The notes beneath the pieces are model-generated. The model saw only the letters and a program-made list of their open reading frames with translations. It was not told where the DNA came from and searched no databases. Positions 49,501 to 63,500 of a stretch of 64,000 bases of DNA are shown here, one piece after another (positions within the stretch are counted from its first letter, which is position 1; each line of letters starts with the position of its first letter). The position numbers and the translations under genes were made by a program. The stretch is from Eledone cirrhosa (Eukaryota), in assembly GCA_964016885.1 (NCBI GenBank), contig OZ024741.1:315146001-315210000 (forward strand), given 5' to 3'.

Positions 49501-51570
49501 GCCGCTGCTGCTGTTGTTATTGCTACAACAGATGTTATTGTTAATACTGCTGCTGATGCTATTGATATTGCTACAAGAGATGTTATTGTTAATACTGCCG
49601 CTGCTGCTGTTGCTATTGCTACAACAGATGTTATTGTTAATACTGCCGCTGCTGCTGTTGCTATTGCTACAATAGATGTTATTGTTAATATTGCCGCTGC
49701 TGCTGTTGTTATTGCTACAACAGATATTATTGTTAATACTGCCGCTGATGTTGTTGCTATTGCTACAACAGATGTTATTGTTAATACTGCCGCTGATGCT
49801 GTTGCTATTGCTACAACAGATGCTATTGTTAATACTGCCGCTGATGCTGTTGCTATTGCTACCACAGGTGTTATTGTTAATACTGCCGCTGCTGCTGTTG
49901 TTATTGCTACAACAGATGTTATTGTTAATACTGCTGCTGATGCTATTGCTATTGCTGCAACAGGTGTTATTGTTAATGCTGCCGCTGATGCTGTTGCTAT
50001 TGCTACAAGAGATGTTATTGTTAATACTGCCGCTGCTGCTGTTGCTATTGCTACAACAGATGTTATTGTTAATACTGCCGCTGCTGCTGTTGCTATTGCT
50101 ACAACAGTTGTTATTGTTAATACTGCCGCTGCTGCTGTTGCTATTGCTACCACAGGTGTTATTGTTAATACTGCCGCTGATGCAGTTGCTATTGCTACAA
50201 CAGATGTTATTGTTAATACTGCTGCTGCTGCTGTTGCTATTGCTACCACAGGTGTAATTGTTAATACTGCCGCTGCTGCTGTTGCTATTGCTACCACAGG
50301 TGTTATTGTTAATACTGGCGCTGCTGCTGTTGCTATTGCTACAACAGTTGTTATTGTTAATACTGGCGCTGCTGCTGTTGCTATTGCTACAACAGTTGTT
50401 ATTGTTAATACTGCCGCTGCTGCTGTTGCTATTGCTACAACAGATGTTATTGTTAATACTGCCGCTGCTGCTGTTGCTATTGCTACAACAGTTGTTATTG
50501 TTAATACTGCCGCTGCTGCTGTTGCTATTGCTACCACAGGTGTTATTGTTAATACTGCCGCTGCTGCTGTTGCTATTCCTACAACAGATGTTATTGTTAA
50601 TACTACCGCTGCTGCTGTTGCTATTGCTACAACAGTTGTTATTGTTAATACTGCCGCTGCTGCTGTTGCTATTGCTACCACAGGTGTTATTGTTAATACT
50701 GCCGCTGCTGCTGTTGCTATTGCTACAACAGATGTTATTGTTAATACTGCCGCTGCTGCTGTTGCTATTGCTACAACAGTTGTTATTGTTAATACTGCCG
50801 CTGCTGCTGTTGCTATTGCTACCACAGGTGTTATTGTTAATACTGCCGCTGATGCAGTTGCTATTGCTACAGCAGATGTTATTGTTAATACTGCTGCTGC
50901 TGCTGTTGCTATTGCTACCACAGGTGTAATTGTTAATACTGCCGCTGCTGCTGTTGCTATTGCTATAACAGATGTTATTGTTAATACTGCCGCTGCTGCT
51001 GTTGCTATTGCTGCAACAGATGTTATTGTTAATACTGCCGCTGCTGCTGTTGCTATTGCTGCAACAGATGTTATTGTTAATACTGCTGCTGCTGCTGTTG
51101 CTATTGCTACCACAGGTGTAATTGTTAATACTGCCGCTGCTGCTGTTGCTATTGCTACCACAGATGTTATTGTTAATACTGCTGCTGCTGCTGTTGCTAT
51201 TGCTACCACAGGTGTAATTGTTAATACTGCCGCTGCTGCTGTTGCTATTGCTACCACAGATGTTATTGTTAATACTGCTGCTGCTGCTGTTGCTATTGCT
51301 ACCACAGGTGTTATTGTTAATACTGCCGCTGATGCAGTTGCTATTGCTACAACAGATGTTATTGTTAATACTGCTGCTGATGCTGTTGCTATTGCTACCA
51401 CAGGTGTTATTGTTAATACTGCCGCTGCTGCTGTTGCTATTGCTACCACAGGTGTTATTGTTAATACTGCCGCTGATGCTGTTGCTATTGCTACAACAGA
51501 TATTATTGTTAATACTGCCGCTGATGCTGTTGCTATTGCTACAACAGATGTTATTGTTAATACTGCTGCT
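30626..51570. repeat. three copies of a ~6.4-7.6 kb higher-order repeat
   Basis: The rare marker gctgtggct recurs at 31707, 38091 and 45579. The marker ctacaaaagaaatt recurs at 35075, 41411 and 48995. Confidence 0.9.
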
Positions 51571-54500
51571 GCTGTTGTTGCTATTGCTACAATAGATGCT
51601 ATTGTTAATACTGCCGCTGATGCAGTTGCTATTGCTACAACAGATGTTATTGTTAATACTGCTGCTGATGCTGTTGCTATTGCTACCACAGGTGTTATTG
51701 TTAATACTGCCGCTGATGCAGTTGCTATTGCTACAACATATATTATTGTTAATACTGCCGCTGATGCTGTTGCTATTGCTACAACAGATGTTATTGTTAA
51801 TACTGCCGCTTGCAGTTGCTATTGCTACAACAGATGTTATTGTTAATACTGCCGCTGCTGATGTTGCTATTGCTACCACAGGTGTTATTGTTAATACTGC
51901 CGCTGCTGCTGTTGCTATTACTACAACAGATGTTATTGTTAATACTGCCGCTGATGCTGTTGCTATTGCTACAACAGATGTTATTGTTAATACTGCCGCT
52001 GCTGCTGTTGCTATTGCTACAACAAATGTTATTGTTAATACTGCCGCTGCTGCTGTTGCTATTGCTACAACAGATGTTATTGTTAATACTGCCGCTGCTG
52101 CTGTTGCTATTGCTACCACACATGTTATTGTTAATACTGCCGCTGCTGTTGTTGCTATTGCTACAACAGATGTTATTGTTAATACTGCCGCTGATGCTGT
52201 TGCTATTGCTACAACAGATGTTATTGTTAATACTGCCGCTGATGCTGTTGCTATTGCTACAACAGATGTTATTGTTAATACTGCCGCTGGTGCTGTTGCT
52301 ATTGCTACCACAGGTGTTATTATTAATACTGCCGCTGCTGCTGTTGCTATTGCTACAACAGATGTTATTGTTAATACTGCCGCTGGTGCTGTTGCTATTG
52401 CTACCACAGGTGTTATTGTTAATACTGCCGCTGATGCTGTTGCTATTGCTGCAACAGATATTATTGTTAATACTGCTGCTGCTGTTGTTGCTATTGCTAC
52501 AACAGATGCTATTGTTAATACTGCCGCTGATGCTGTTGCTATTGCTACAATAGATGCTATTGTTAATACTGCCGCTGATGCTGTTGCTATTGCTACAACA
52601 GATGTTATTGTTAATACTGCCGCTGGTGCTGTTGCTATTGCTACCACAGGTGTTATTATTAATACTGCCGCTGCTGCTGTTGCTATTGCTACCACAGGTG
52701 TTATTGTTAATACTGCCGCTGATGCTGTTGCTATTGCTACAACAGATGCTATTGTTAATACTGCCGTTGAGGCTGTTGCTATTGCTACAACATATGTTAT
52801 TGTTAATACTGCCGCTGGTGCTGTTGCTATTGCTGCAACAGATGTTATTGTTAATACTGCCGCTGATGCTGTTGCTATTGCTACAACAGATGTTATTGTT
52901 AATACTGCCGCTGATGCTGTTGCTATTGCTACAACAGATGTTATTGTTAATACTGCCGCTGATGCTGTTGCTATTGCTACCACAGGTGTTATTATTAATA
53001 CTGCCGCTGCTGCTGTTGCTATTGCTACCACAGGTGTTATTGTTAATACTGCCGCTGGTGCTGTTGCTATTGCTACCACAGGTGTTATTGTTAATACTGC
53101 CGCTGATGCTGTTGCTATTGCTACAACAGATATTATTGTTAATACTGCCGCTGATGCTGTTGCTATTGCTGCAACAGAGGTTATTGTTAATACTGCCGCC
53201 GCTGCTGTTGCTATTGCTACAACAGATGTTATTGTTAATACTGCCGCTGATGCTGTTGCTATTGCTACAACAGATGTTATTGTTAATACTGCCGCTGATG
53301 CTGTTGCTATTGCTACAACAGATGTTATTGTTAATACTGCCGCTGCTGTTGTTGCTATTGCTACAACAGATGTTATTGTTAATACTGCCGCTGCTGCTGT
53401 TGCTATTGCTACAACAAATGTTATTGTTAATACTGCCGCTGCTGCTGTTGCTATTGCTACAGCAGATGTTATTGTTAATACTGCCGCTGCTGCTGTTGCT
53501 ATTGCTACAACAGATGTTATTGTTAATACTTACGCTGATGCTGTTGCTATTGCTACAACAGATGTTATTATTAATACTGCCGCTGCTGCTGTTGCTATTG
53601 CTACAACAGATGTTATTGTTAATACTGCCGCTGATGCTGTTGCTATTGCTACAACAGATGTTATTGTTAATACTGCCGCTGATGTTGTTGCTATTGCTAC
53701 CACAGGTGTTATTGTTAATACTGCCGCTGCTGATGTTGCTATTGCTACAACAGATGTTATTGTTAATACTGCCGCTGCTGCTGTTGCTATTGCTACCACA
53801 GGTGTTATTATTAATACTGCCGCTGCTGCTGTTGCTATTGCTACTACAGGTGTTATTGTTAATACTGCCGCTAATGCTGTTGCTATTGCTACAACAGATA
53901 TTATTGTTAATACTGCCGCTGATGCTGTTGCTATTGCTACAACAGATGTTATTGTTAATACTGCCGCTGCTGTTGTTTCTATTGCTACAACAGATGTTAT
54001 TGTTAATACTGCCGCTGATGCTGTTGCTATTGCTGCAACAGACGTTATTGTTAATACTGCCGCTGATGCTGTTGCTATTGCTACAATAGATGGTATTGTT
54101 AATACTGCCGCTGATGCTGTTGCTATTGCTACCACAGGTGTTATTGTTAATACTGCCGCTGATGCTGTTGCTATTGCTGCAACAGAGGTTATTGTTAATA
54201 CTGCCGCTGCTGCTGTTGCTATTGCTACAACAGATGTTATTGTTATTACTGCCGCTGCTGCTGTTGCTATTGCCACAACAGATATTATTGTTAATACTGC
54301 CGCTGCTGCTGTTGCTATTGCTACAACAAATGTTATTGTTAATACTGCCGCTGCTGCTGTTGCTATTGCTACAGCAGATGTTATTGTTAATACTGCCGCT
54401 GCTGCTGTTGCTATTGCTACAACAGATGTTATTGTTAATACTTACGCTGATGCTGTTGCTATTGCTACAACAGATGTTATTATTAATACTGCCGCTGATG

Positions 54501-57500
54501 CTGTTGCTATTGCTGCAACAGATATTATTGTTAATACTGCCGCTGCTGCTGTTGCTATTGATACAACAGATGTTATTGTTAATACTGCCGCTGCTGCTGT
54601 TGCTATTGCTACCACAGGTGTTATTGTTAATAATGCCGCTGATGCTGTTGTTATTGCTACAACAGATATTATTGTTAATACTGCCGCTGCTGCTGTTGCT
54701 ATTGCTGCAACAGATGTTATTGTTAATACTGCCGCTGCTGCTGTTGCTATTGCTGCAACAGATGTTATTGTTAATACTGCCGCTGATACTGTTGCTATTG
54801 CTACAACAGATGTAATTGTTAATACTGCCGCTGATGCTGTTGCTATTGCTGCAACAGATGTTATTATTAATACTGCCGCTGCTGCTGTTGCAATTGCTAC
54901 AACAGATGTTATTGTTAATACTGCCGCTGATGCTGTTGCTATTGCTACAACAGATGTTATTGTTAATACTGCCGCTGCTGCTGTTGCTATTGCTACCACA
55001 GGTGTTATTGTTAATACTGCCGCTAATGCTGTTGCTATTGCTACAACAGATATTATTGTTAATACTGCCGCTGATGCTGTTGCTATTGCTACAACAGATG
55101 TTATTGTTAATACTGCCGCTGATGCTGTTGCTATTGCTAAAACAGATGTTATTGTTAATACTGCCGCTGATGTTGTTGCTATTGCTACAACAGTTGTTAC
55201 TGTTAATACTGCCGCTGCTGCTGTTGCTATTGCTACCACAGGTGTTATTGTTAATACTGCCGCTGCTGCTGTTGCTATTGCTACAACAGATGTTATTGTT
55301 AATACTGGCGCTGCTGTTGTTGCTATTGCTACAACAGATGTTATTGTTAATACTGCCGCTGCTGCTGTTGCTATTGCTACAACAGATGTTATTGTTAATA
55401 CTGCCGCTGATGCTGTTGCTATTGTTATAACAGATGTTATTGTTAATACTGCCGCTGGTACTGTTGATATTGCTACAACAGATGTTATTGTTAATACTGC
55501 CGATGATGCTGTTGCTATTGTTACAACAGATGTTATTGTTAATACTGCCGCTGATGCTGTTACTATTGCTACAACAGATGTTATTGTTAATACTGCCGCT
55601 GATGCTGTTGCTATTGCTACAACAGATGTTATTGTTAATACTGCCGCTGATGCTGTTGCTATTGCTACAACAGATGTTATTGTTAATACTGCCGCTGATG
55701 CTGTTGCTATTGCTACAACAGATGTTATTGTTAATACTGCCGCTGATGCTGTTGCTATTGCTACCACAGATTTTATTGTTAATACTGCCGCTGCTGCTGT
55801 TGCTATTGCTGCAACTGATGTTATTGTTAATACTGCCGTTGCTGCTGTTGATATTGCTACAACAGATGTTATTGTTAATACTGCCGCTGGTGCTGTTGCT
55901 ATTGCTACAACAGATGTTATTGTTAATACTGCCGCTGATGCTGTTGCTATTGCTACCAAAGGTGTTATTGTAAATACTGCCGCTGATGCTGTTGCTATTG
56001 TTACAACAGATGTTATTGTTAATACTGCCGCTGCTAATGTTGCTATTGCTGCAACAGATGTTATTGTTAATACTGCCGCTGCTGCTGTTGATATTGCTAC
56101 AACAGATGTTATTGTTAATACTGCCGCTGCTGCTGTTGCTATTTCTACCACAGATGGTATTGTTAATACTGCCGCTGCTGCTGTTGCTATTGCTACAACA
56201 AATGTTATTGTTAATACTGCCGCTGCTGCTATTGCTATTGCTACAACAGATGTTATTGTTAATACTGCCGCTGATGCTGTTGCTATTGCTACAACAGATG
56301 TTATTGTTAATACTGCCGCTGCTGTTGTTGCTATTGCTACAACAGATGTTATTGTTAATACTGCCGCTGATGATGTTGCTATTGCTACCACAGGTGTTAT
56401 TGTTAATACTGCCGCTGATGCTGTTGCTATTGCTACAACAGATGCTATTGTTAATACTGCCGCTGATTCTGTTGCTATTGCTACAACAGATGTTATTGTT
56501 AATACTGCCGCTGGTGCTGTTGCTATTGCTACCACAGGTGTTATTGTTAATACTGCCGCTGATGCTGTTGTTATTGCTACAACAGATGTTATTGTTAATA
56601 TTGCCGCTGATGCTGTTGCTATTGCTACAACAGATATTATTGTTAATACTGCCGCTGCTGCTGTTGCTATTGCTACAACAGATGTTATTGTTAATACTGC
56701 CGCTGATGCTGTTGCTATTGCTACAACAGATGTTATTGTTAATACTGCCGCTGATGTTGTTGCTATTGCTACAACAGATGTTATTGTTAATACTGCCGCT
56801 GATGCTGTTGCTATTGCTGCAACAGATGTTATTGTTAATTCTGCCGCTGATGTTGTTGCTATTGCTACAACAGATGTTATTGTTAATACTGCCGCTGATG
56901 CTGTTGCTATTGCTACAACAGATGTTATTGTTAATACTGCCGCTGATGCTGTTGCTATTGCTACAACAGATGTTATTGTTAATACTGCCGCTGATGCTGT
57001 TGCTATTGCTACAACAGATGTTATTATTAATACTGCCGCTACTGCTGTTGCTATTGCTACAACAGATGTTATTGTTAATACTGCAGCTGATGCTGTTGCT
57101 ATTGCTACAACAGATGTTATTGTTAATACTGCCGCTGATGTTGTTGCTATTGCTACCACAGGTGTTATTGTTAATACTGCCGCTGCTGCTGTTGCTATTG
57201 CTACCACAGGTGTTATTGTTAATACTGCCGCTGCTGCTGTTGCTATTGCTACAACAGATGTTATTGTTAATACTGCCGCTGATGCTGTTGCTATTGCTAC
57301 AACAGATATTATTGTTAATACTGCCGCTGATGCTGTTGCTATTGCTACAACAGATGTTATTGTTAATACTGCCGCTGCTGTTGTTTCTATTGCTACAACA
57401 GATGTTATTGTTAATACTGCCGCTGATGCTGTTGCTATTGCTACCACACATGTTATTGTTAATACTGCCGCTGCTGCTATTGCTATTGCTACAACAGATG

Positions 57501-60500
57501 TTATTCTAAAAACTGCCGCTGATGTTGTTGCTATTGCTGCAACAGCTGTTATTGTTAATACTGCTGCTGCTGCTGTTGCAATTGCTACAACAGATGTTAT
57601 TGTTAATACTGCCGCTGCTGCTGTTGCTATTGCTACAATAGATGTTATTGTTAATACTGCCGCTGATGTTGTTGCTATTGCTACAACAGATGTTATTGTT
57701 AATACTGCCGCTGATGCTGTTGCTATTGCTACAACAGATGTTATTGTTAATACTGCCGCTGATGCTGTTGCTATTGCTGCAACAGAAGTTATTGTTAATA
57801 CTGCCGCCGCTGCTGTTGCTATTGCTACAACAGATGTTATGGTTAATACTGCCGCTGATGCTGTTGCTATTGCTACAACAGATGTTATTGTTAATACTGC
57901 CACTGATGCTGTTGCTATTGCTACAACAGATGTTATTGTTAATACTGCCGCTGATGTTGTTGCTATTGCTACAACAGATGTTATTGTTAATACTGCCGCT
58001 GCTGCTGTTGCTATTGCTACAACAAATGTTATTGTTAATACTGCCGCTGCTGCTGTTGCTATTGCTACAACAGATGTTATTGTTAATACTGCCGCTGATG
58101 CTGTTGCTATTGCTACAACAGCTGTTATTATTATTACTGCCGCTGCTGCTGTTGCTATTGCTACAACAGATGTTATTGTTAATACTGCCGCTGATGCTGT
58201 TGCTATTGCTACAACAGATATTATTGTTAATACTGCCGCTGATTCTGTTGCTATTGCTACAACAGCTGTTATTATTATTACTGCCGCTGCTGCTGTTGCT
58301 ATTGCTGCAATAGATGTTATTGTTAATACTGCCGCTGATGTTGTTGCTATTGCTGCAACAGATGTTATTGTTAATACTGCCGCTGCTGCTGTTGCTATTG
58401 CTACAACAGATGTTATTGTTAATACTGCCGTTGCTGCTGTTGCTATTACTACAATAGATGTTATTGTTAATACTGCCGCTGATGCTGTTGCTATTGCTGC
58501 AACAGATGTTATTGTTAATACTGCCGCTGCTGCTGTTGCTATTGCTACAACAGATGTTATTGTTAATACTGCCGCTGATGCTGTTGCTATTGCTACAACA
58601 GATGTTATTATTAATACTGCCGCTACTGCTGTTGCTATTGCTACAACAGATGTTATTGTTAATACTGCAGCTGATGCTGTTGCTATTGCTACAACAGATG
58701 TTATTGTTAATACTGCCGCTGGTGTTGTTGCTATTGCTAGCACAGGTGTTATTGTTAATACCGCCGCTGCTGCTGTTGCTATTGCTACAACATATGTTAT
58801 TGTTAATACTGCCGCTGCTGCTGTTGCTATTGCTACCAGAGGTGTTATTGTTAATACTGCCGCTGATGCTGTTGCTATTGCTACAAGAGATATTATTGTT
58901 AATACTGCCGCTGATGCTGTTGCTATTGCTACAACAGTTGTTATTGTTAATACTGCCGCTGCTGTTGTTTCTATTGCTACAACAGATGTTATTGTTAATA
59001 CTGCCGCTGATGCTGTTGCTATTGCTACCACACATGTTATTGTTAATACTGCCGCTGCTGCTATTGCTATTGCTACAACAGATGTTATTCTAAAAACTGC
59101 CGCTGATGTTGTTGCTATTGCTGCAACAGATGTTATTGTTAATACTGCTGCTGCTGCTGTTGCTATTGCTACAACAGATGTTATTGTTAATACTGCCGCT
59201 GCTGCTGTTGCTATTGCTACAATAGATGTTATTGTTAATACTGCCGCTGATGCTGTTGCTATTGCTGCAACAGATGTTATTGTTAATACTGCCGCTGCTG
59301 CTGTTGCTATTGCTACAACATATGTTATTGTTAATGCTGCCGCTGATGCTGTTGCTATTGCTACAACAGATGTTATTGTTAATACTGCCGCTGATGCTGT
59401 TGCTATTGCTGCAACAGAGGTTATTGTTAATACTGCCGCTGCTGTTGTTGCTATTGCTACAACAGATGTAATTGTTAATACTGCCGCTGCTGCTGTTGCT
59501 ATTGCTACAACAAATGTTATTGTTAATACTGCCGCTGCTGCTGTTGCTATTGCTACAACAGATGTTATTGTTAATACTGCCGCTGATGCTGTTGCTATTG
59601 CTACAACAGATGTTATTGTTAATACTGCCGCTGCTGCTGTTGCTATTGCTGCAACAGATGTTATTGTTAATACTGCTGCTGCTGCTGCTGCTGTTGCTAT
59701 TGCTACAACAGATGTTATTCTTAATACTGCCGCTGCTGCTGTTGCTATTGCTACAATAGATGTTATTGTTAATACTGCCGCTGATGTTGTTGCTATTGCT
59801 GCAACAGATGTTATTGTTAATACTGCCGCTGCTGCTGTTGCTATTGCTACAATAGATGTTATTGTTAATACTGCCGCTGATGCTGTTGCTATTGCTGCAA
59901 CAGATGTTATTGTTAATACTGCCGCTGCTGCTGTTGCTATTGCTACAACAGATGTTATTGTTAATACTGCCGCTGATGATGTTGCTATTGCTGCAACAGA
60001 GGTTATTGTTAATACTGCCGCCGCTGCTGTTGCTATTGCTACAACAGATGTTATGGTTAATACTGCCGCTGATGATGTTGCTGTTGCTACAACAGATGTT
60101 ATTTTTAATACTGCCGCTGAATGCTGTTGCTATTGCTACAACAGATGTTATTGTTAATACTGCCGCTGCTGTTGTTGCTATTGCTACAACAGATGTTATT
60201 GTTAATACTGCCGCTGCTGCTGTTGCTATTGCTACAACAAATCTTATTGTTAATACTGCCGCTGCTGCTGTTGCTATTGCTACAACAGATGTTATTGTTA
60301 ATACTGCCGCTGATGCTGTTGCTATTGCTACAACAGATGTTATTGTTAATACTGCCGCTGCTGCTGTTGCTATTGCTACAACAGATATTATTACTATTAC
60401 TGCCGCTGCTGCTGTTGCTATTGCTACAACAGATGTTATTGTTAATACTGCCGCTGATGCTGTTGCTATTGCTACAACAGATGTTATTGTTAATACTGCC

Positions 60501-63500
60501 GCTGATGTTGTTGCTATTGCTACCACAGGTGTTATTGTTAATACTGCCGCTGCTGCTATGGCTATTGCTACAACAGATGTTATTGTTAACACTGCCGCTG
60601 CTGCTGTTGCTATTGCTACCACAGGTGTTATTGTTAATACTGCCGCTGCTGCTGTTGCTATTGCTACCACAGATGTTATTGTTAAAACTGCCGCTGCTGC
60701 TGTTGCTATTGCTACAACAGATGTTATTGTTAATACTGCTGCTGCTGCTGTTGCTATTGCTACAACAGATGTTATTGTTAATACTGCCGCTGATGCTGTT
60801 GCTATTGCTACAAGAGATTTTATTGTTAATACTGCTGCTGCTGCTGTTGCTATTGCTACAACAGATGTTATTGTTAATACTGCCGCTGCTGCTGTTGCTT
60901 TTGCTACAACAGATGTTATTGTTAATACTGCCGCTGATGCTGTTGCTATTGCTACCACAGGTGTTATTGTTAATACTGCCGCTGATGCTGTTGCTATTGC
61001 TACCAAAGGTGTTATTGTTAATACTGCCGCTGCTGCTGTTGCTATTGCTACAACATATGTTATTGTTAATACTGCCGCTGATGCTGTTGCTATTGCTACA
61101 ACAGATGTTATTGTTAATGCTGCCGCTGATGCTGTTGCTATTGCTACAACAGATGTTATTGTTAATACTGCCGCTGATGCTGTTGCTATTGCTGCAACAG
61201 ATGTTATTGTTAATACTGCCGCTGATGCTGTTGCTATTGCTGCAACAGAGGTTATTGTTAATACTGCCGCCGCCTCTGTTGCTATTGCTACGACAGGTGA
61301 TATTGTTAATACTGCCGCTGCTGCTGTTGCTATTGCTACAACAGATGTTATTGTTCATACTGCCGCTGCTGCTGTTGATATTGCTACAACAGATATTATT
61401 GTTAATACTGCCGTTGATGCTGTTTGTATTGCTACAACAGATGTTATTGTTAATACTGCCGCTGCTGTTGTTGCTATTGCTACAACAGATGTTATTGTTA
61501 ATACTGCCGCTGCTGCTGTTGCAATTGCTACAACAGATGTTATTGTTAATACTGCCGCTGCTGCTGTTGATATTGTTACAACAGATATTATTGTTAATAC
61601 TGCCGTTGATGCTGTTTGTATTGCTACAACAGATGTTATTGTTAATACTGCCGCTGCTGTTGTTGCTATTGCTACAACAGATGTTATTGTTAATACTGCC
61701 GCTGCTGCTGTTGCTTTTGCTACAACAGATGTTATTGTTAATACTGCCGCTGCTGCTGTTGCTATTGCTACAACAGATGCTATTGTTAATACTGCCGCTG
61801 CTGCTGTTGCTATTGCTACAACAGATGTTATTATTAATACTGCCGCTGCTGCTTTTGCTATTGCTACGACAGATGTTATTGTTAATACTGCCACTGCTGC
61901 TGTTGCTATTGCTACCACAGGTGTTATTGTTAATACTGCCGCTGGTGCTGTTGCTATTGCTACAACAGATGTTATTGTTAATACTGCAGCTGCTGTTGCT
62001 ATTGCTACCACAGGTGTTATTGTTAATACTGCCGCTGCTGCTGTTGCTATTGCTACAACAGATGTAATAGTTAATACTACCGCTGATGATGTTGCTATTG
62101 CTACAACAGATGTTATTGTTAATACTGCCGCTGATGCTGTTGCTATTGTTGCAACAGAGTTTATTGTTAATACTGCTGCTGCTGCTATGCTATTGCTACA
62201 ACAGATGATATTGTTAATACTGCCGCTGCTGCTGTTGCTATTGCTACAAAAGATATTATTGTTAATACTGCCGCTGATGCTGTTGCTATTGCTACAACAG
62301 ATGTTACTGTTAATACTGCCGCTGATGCTGTTGCTATTGCTGCAACAGATGTTATTGTTAATACTGCCGCTGCTGCTGTTGCTATTGCTACAACAAATGT
62401 TATTGTTAATACTGCCGCTGCTGGTGTTGCTATTGCTACAACAGATGTTATTGTTAATACTGCCACTGCTGCTGTTGCTATTGCTACCACAGGTGTTATT
62501 GTTAATACTGCCGCTGATGCTGTTGCGATTGCTGCAACAGATGTTATTGTTAATACTGCCGCTGATGCTGTTGCAATTGCTCCCACATGTTTTATTGTTA
62601 ATACTGCCGCTGATGTTGTTGCTATTGCTACAACAGATGTTATTGTTAATACTACCGCTGCTGCTGTTGCTATTGCTACAACAGATGTTATTGTTAATAC
62701 TGCCGCTGCTGCTGTTGCTATTGCTGCAACATATGTTATTGTTAATACTGCCGCTGCTGCTGGTGCTATTGCTACAACGGATGTTATTGTTAATACTGCC
62801 GCTGCTGCTGTTGCTATTGCTACAACATATGTTATTGTTAATACTGCCGCTGCTGCTGTTGATATTGCTACAACAGATGTTATTGTTAATACTGCCGTTT
62901 CTGCTGTTGCTATTGCTGCAACAGATGCTATTGTTAATACTGCCGCTGCTGCTGTTGCTATTGCTACCGCAGATGGTATTGTTAATACTGCCGCTGCTGC
63001 TGTTGCTATTGCTACAACAGATTTTATTGTTAATACTGCCGCTGATGCTGTTGCTATTGCTACAACAGATGTTATTGTTAATACTGCCGCTGCTGCTGTT
63101 GCTATTGCTGCAACAGAATTTATTGTTAATACTGCCGCTGATGCTGTTGCTATTGCTACAACAGATGTTATTGTTAATACTGCCGCTGCTGCTTTTGATA
63201 TTGCTACAACAGATTTTATTGTTAATACTGCCGCTGATGCTGTTGCTATTGCTACAACAGATGTTATTGTTAATACTGCCGCTGATGCTGTTGCTATTGC
63301 TGCAACAGATGTTATTGTTAATACTGCCGCTGTTGCTGTTGCTATTGTTGCAACAGAGGTTATTGTTAATACTTCCGCTGCTGCTGTTGCTATTGCTACA
63401 ACAGATGTTATTGTTAATACTGCCGCTGCTGCTGTTGCTATTGCTACAACAGATATTATTGTTAACACTGCCGCTGATGCTGTTGCTATTGCTGCAACAG

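Noticed and set aside
25507-51846. 8779-aa Ala/Thr/Val repeat ORF (antifreeze- or adhesin-like)
   Set aside because: It has no ATG, signal peptide or unique domain. It is the in-register antisense of the ORF1 frame, and its purine-starting triplets make stops unlikely. Five of six frames are open in the consensus unit.
25099-53079. 9326-aa Asn/Ser/Cys-repeat protein fused to ORF1 as a functional giant gene
   Set aside because: It has a GTG start in the wrong repeat frame, joined by the 51811 frameshift, and ORF1 has premature stops at 25099 and 24907. In this frame only the two TGT codons per unit are one substitution from a stop, so openness needs no selection. Ribosome profiling or proteomics would be required.
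25280-62067. poly-Leu/Gln 'membrane protein' ORFs
   Set aside because: These are shadow frames of the satellite and are broken wherever CAG or TTA mutates to a stop.
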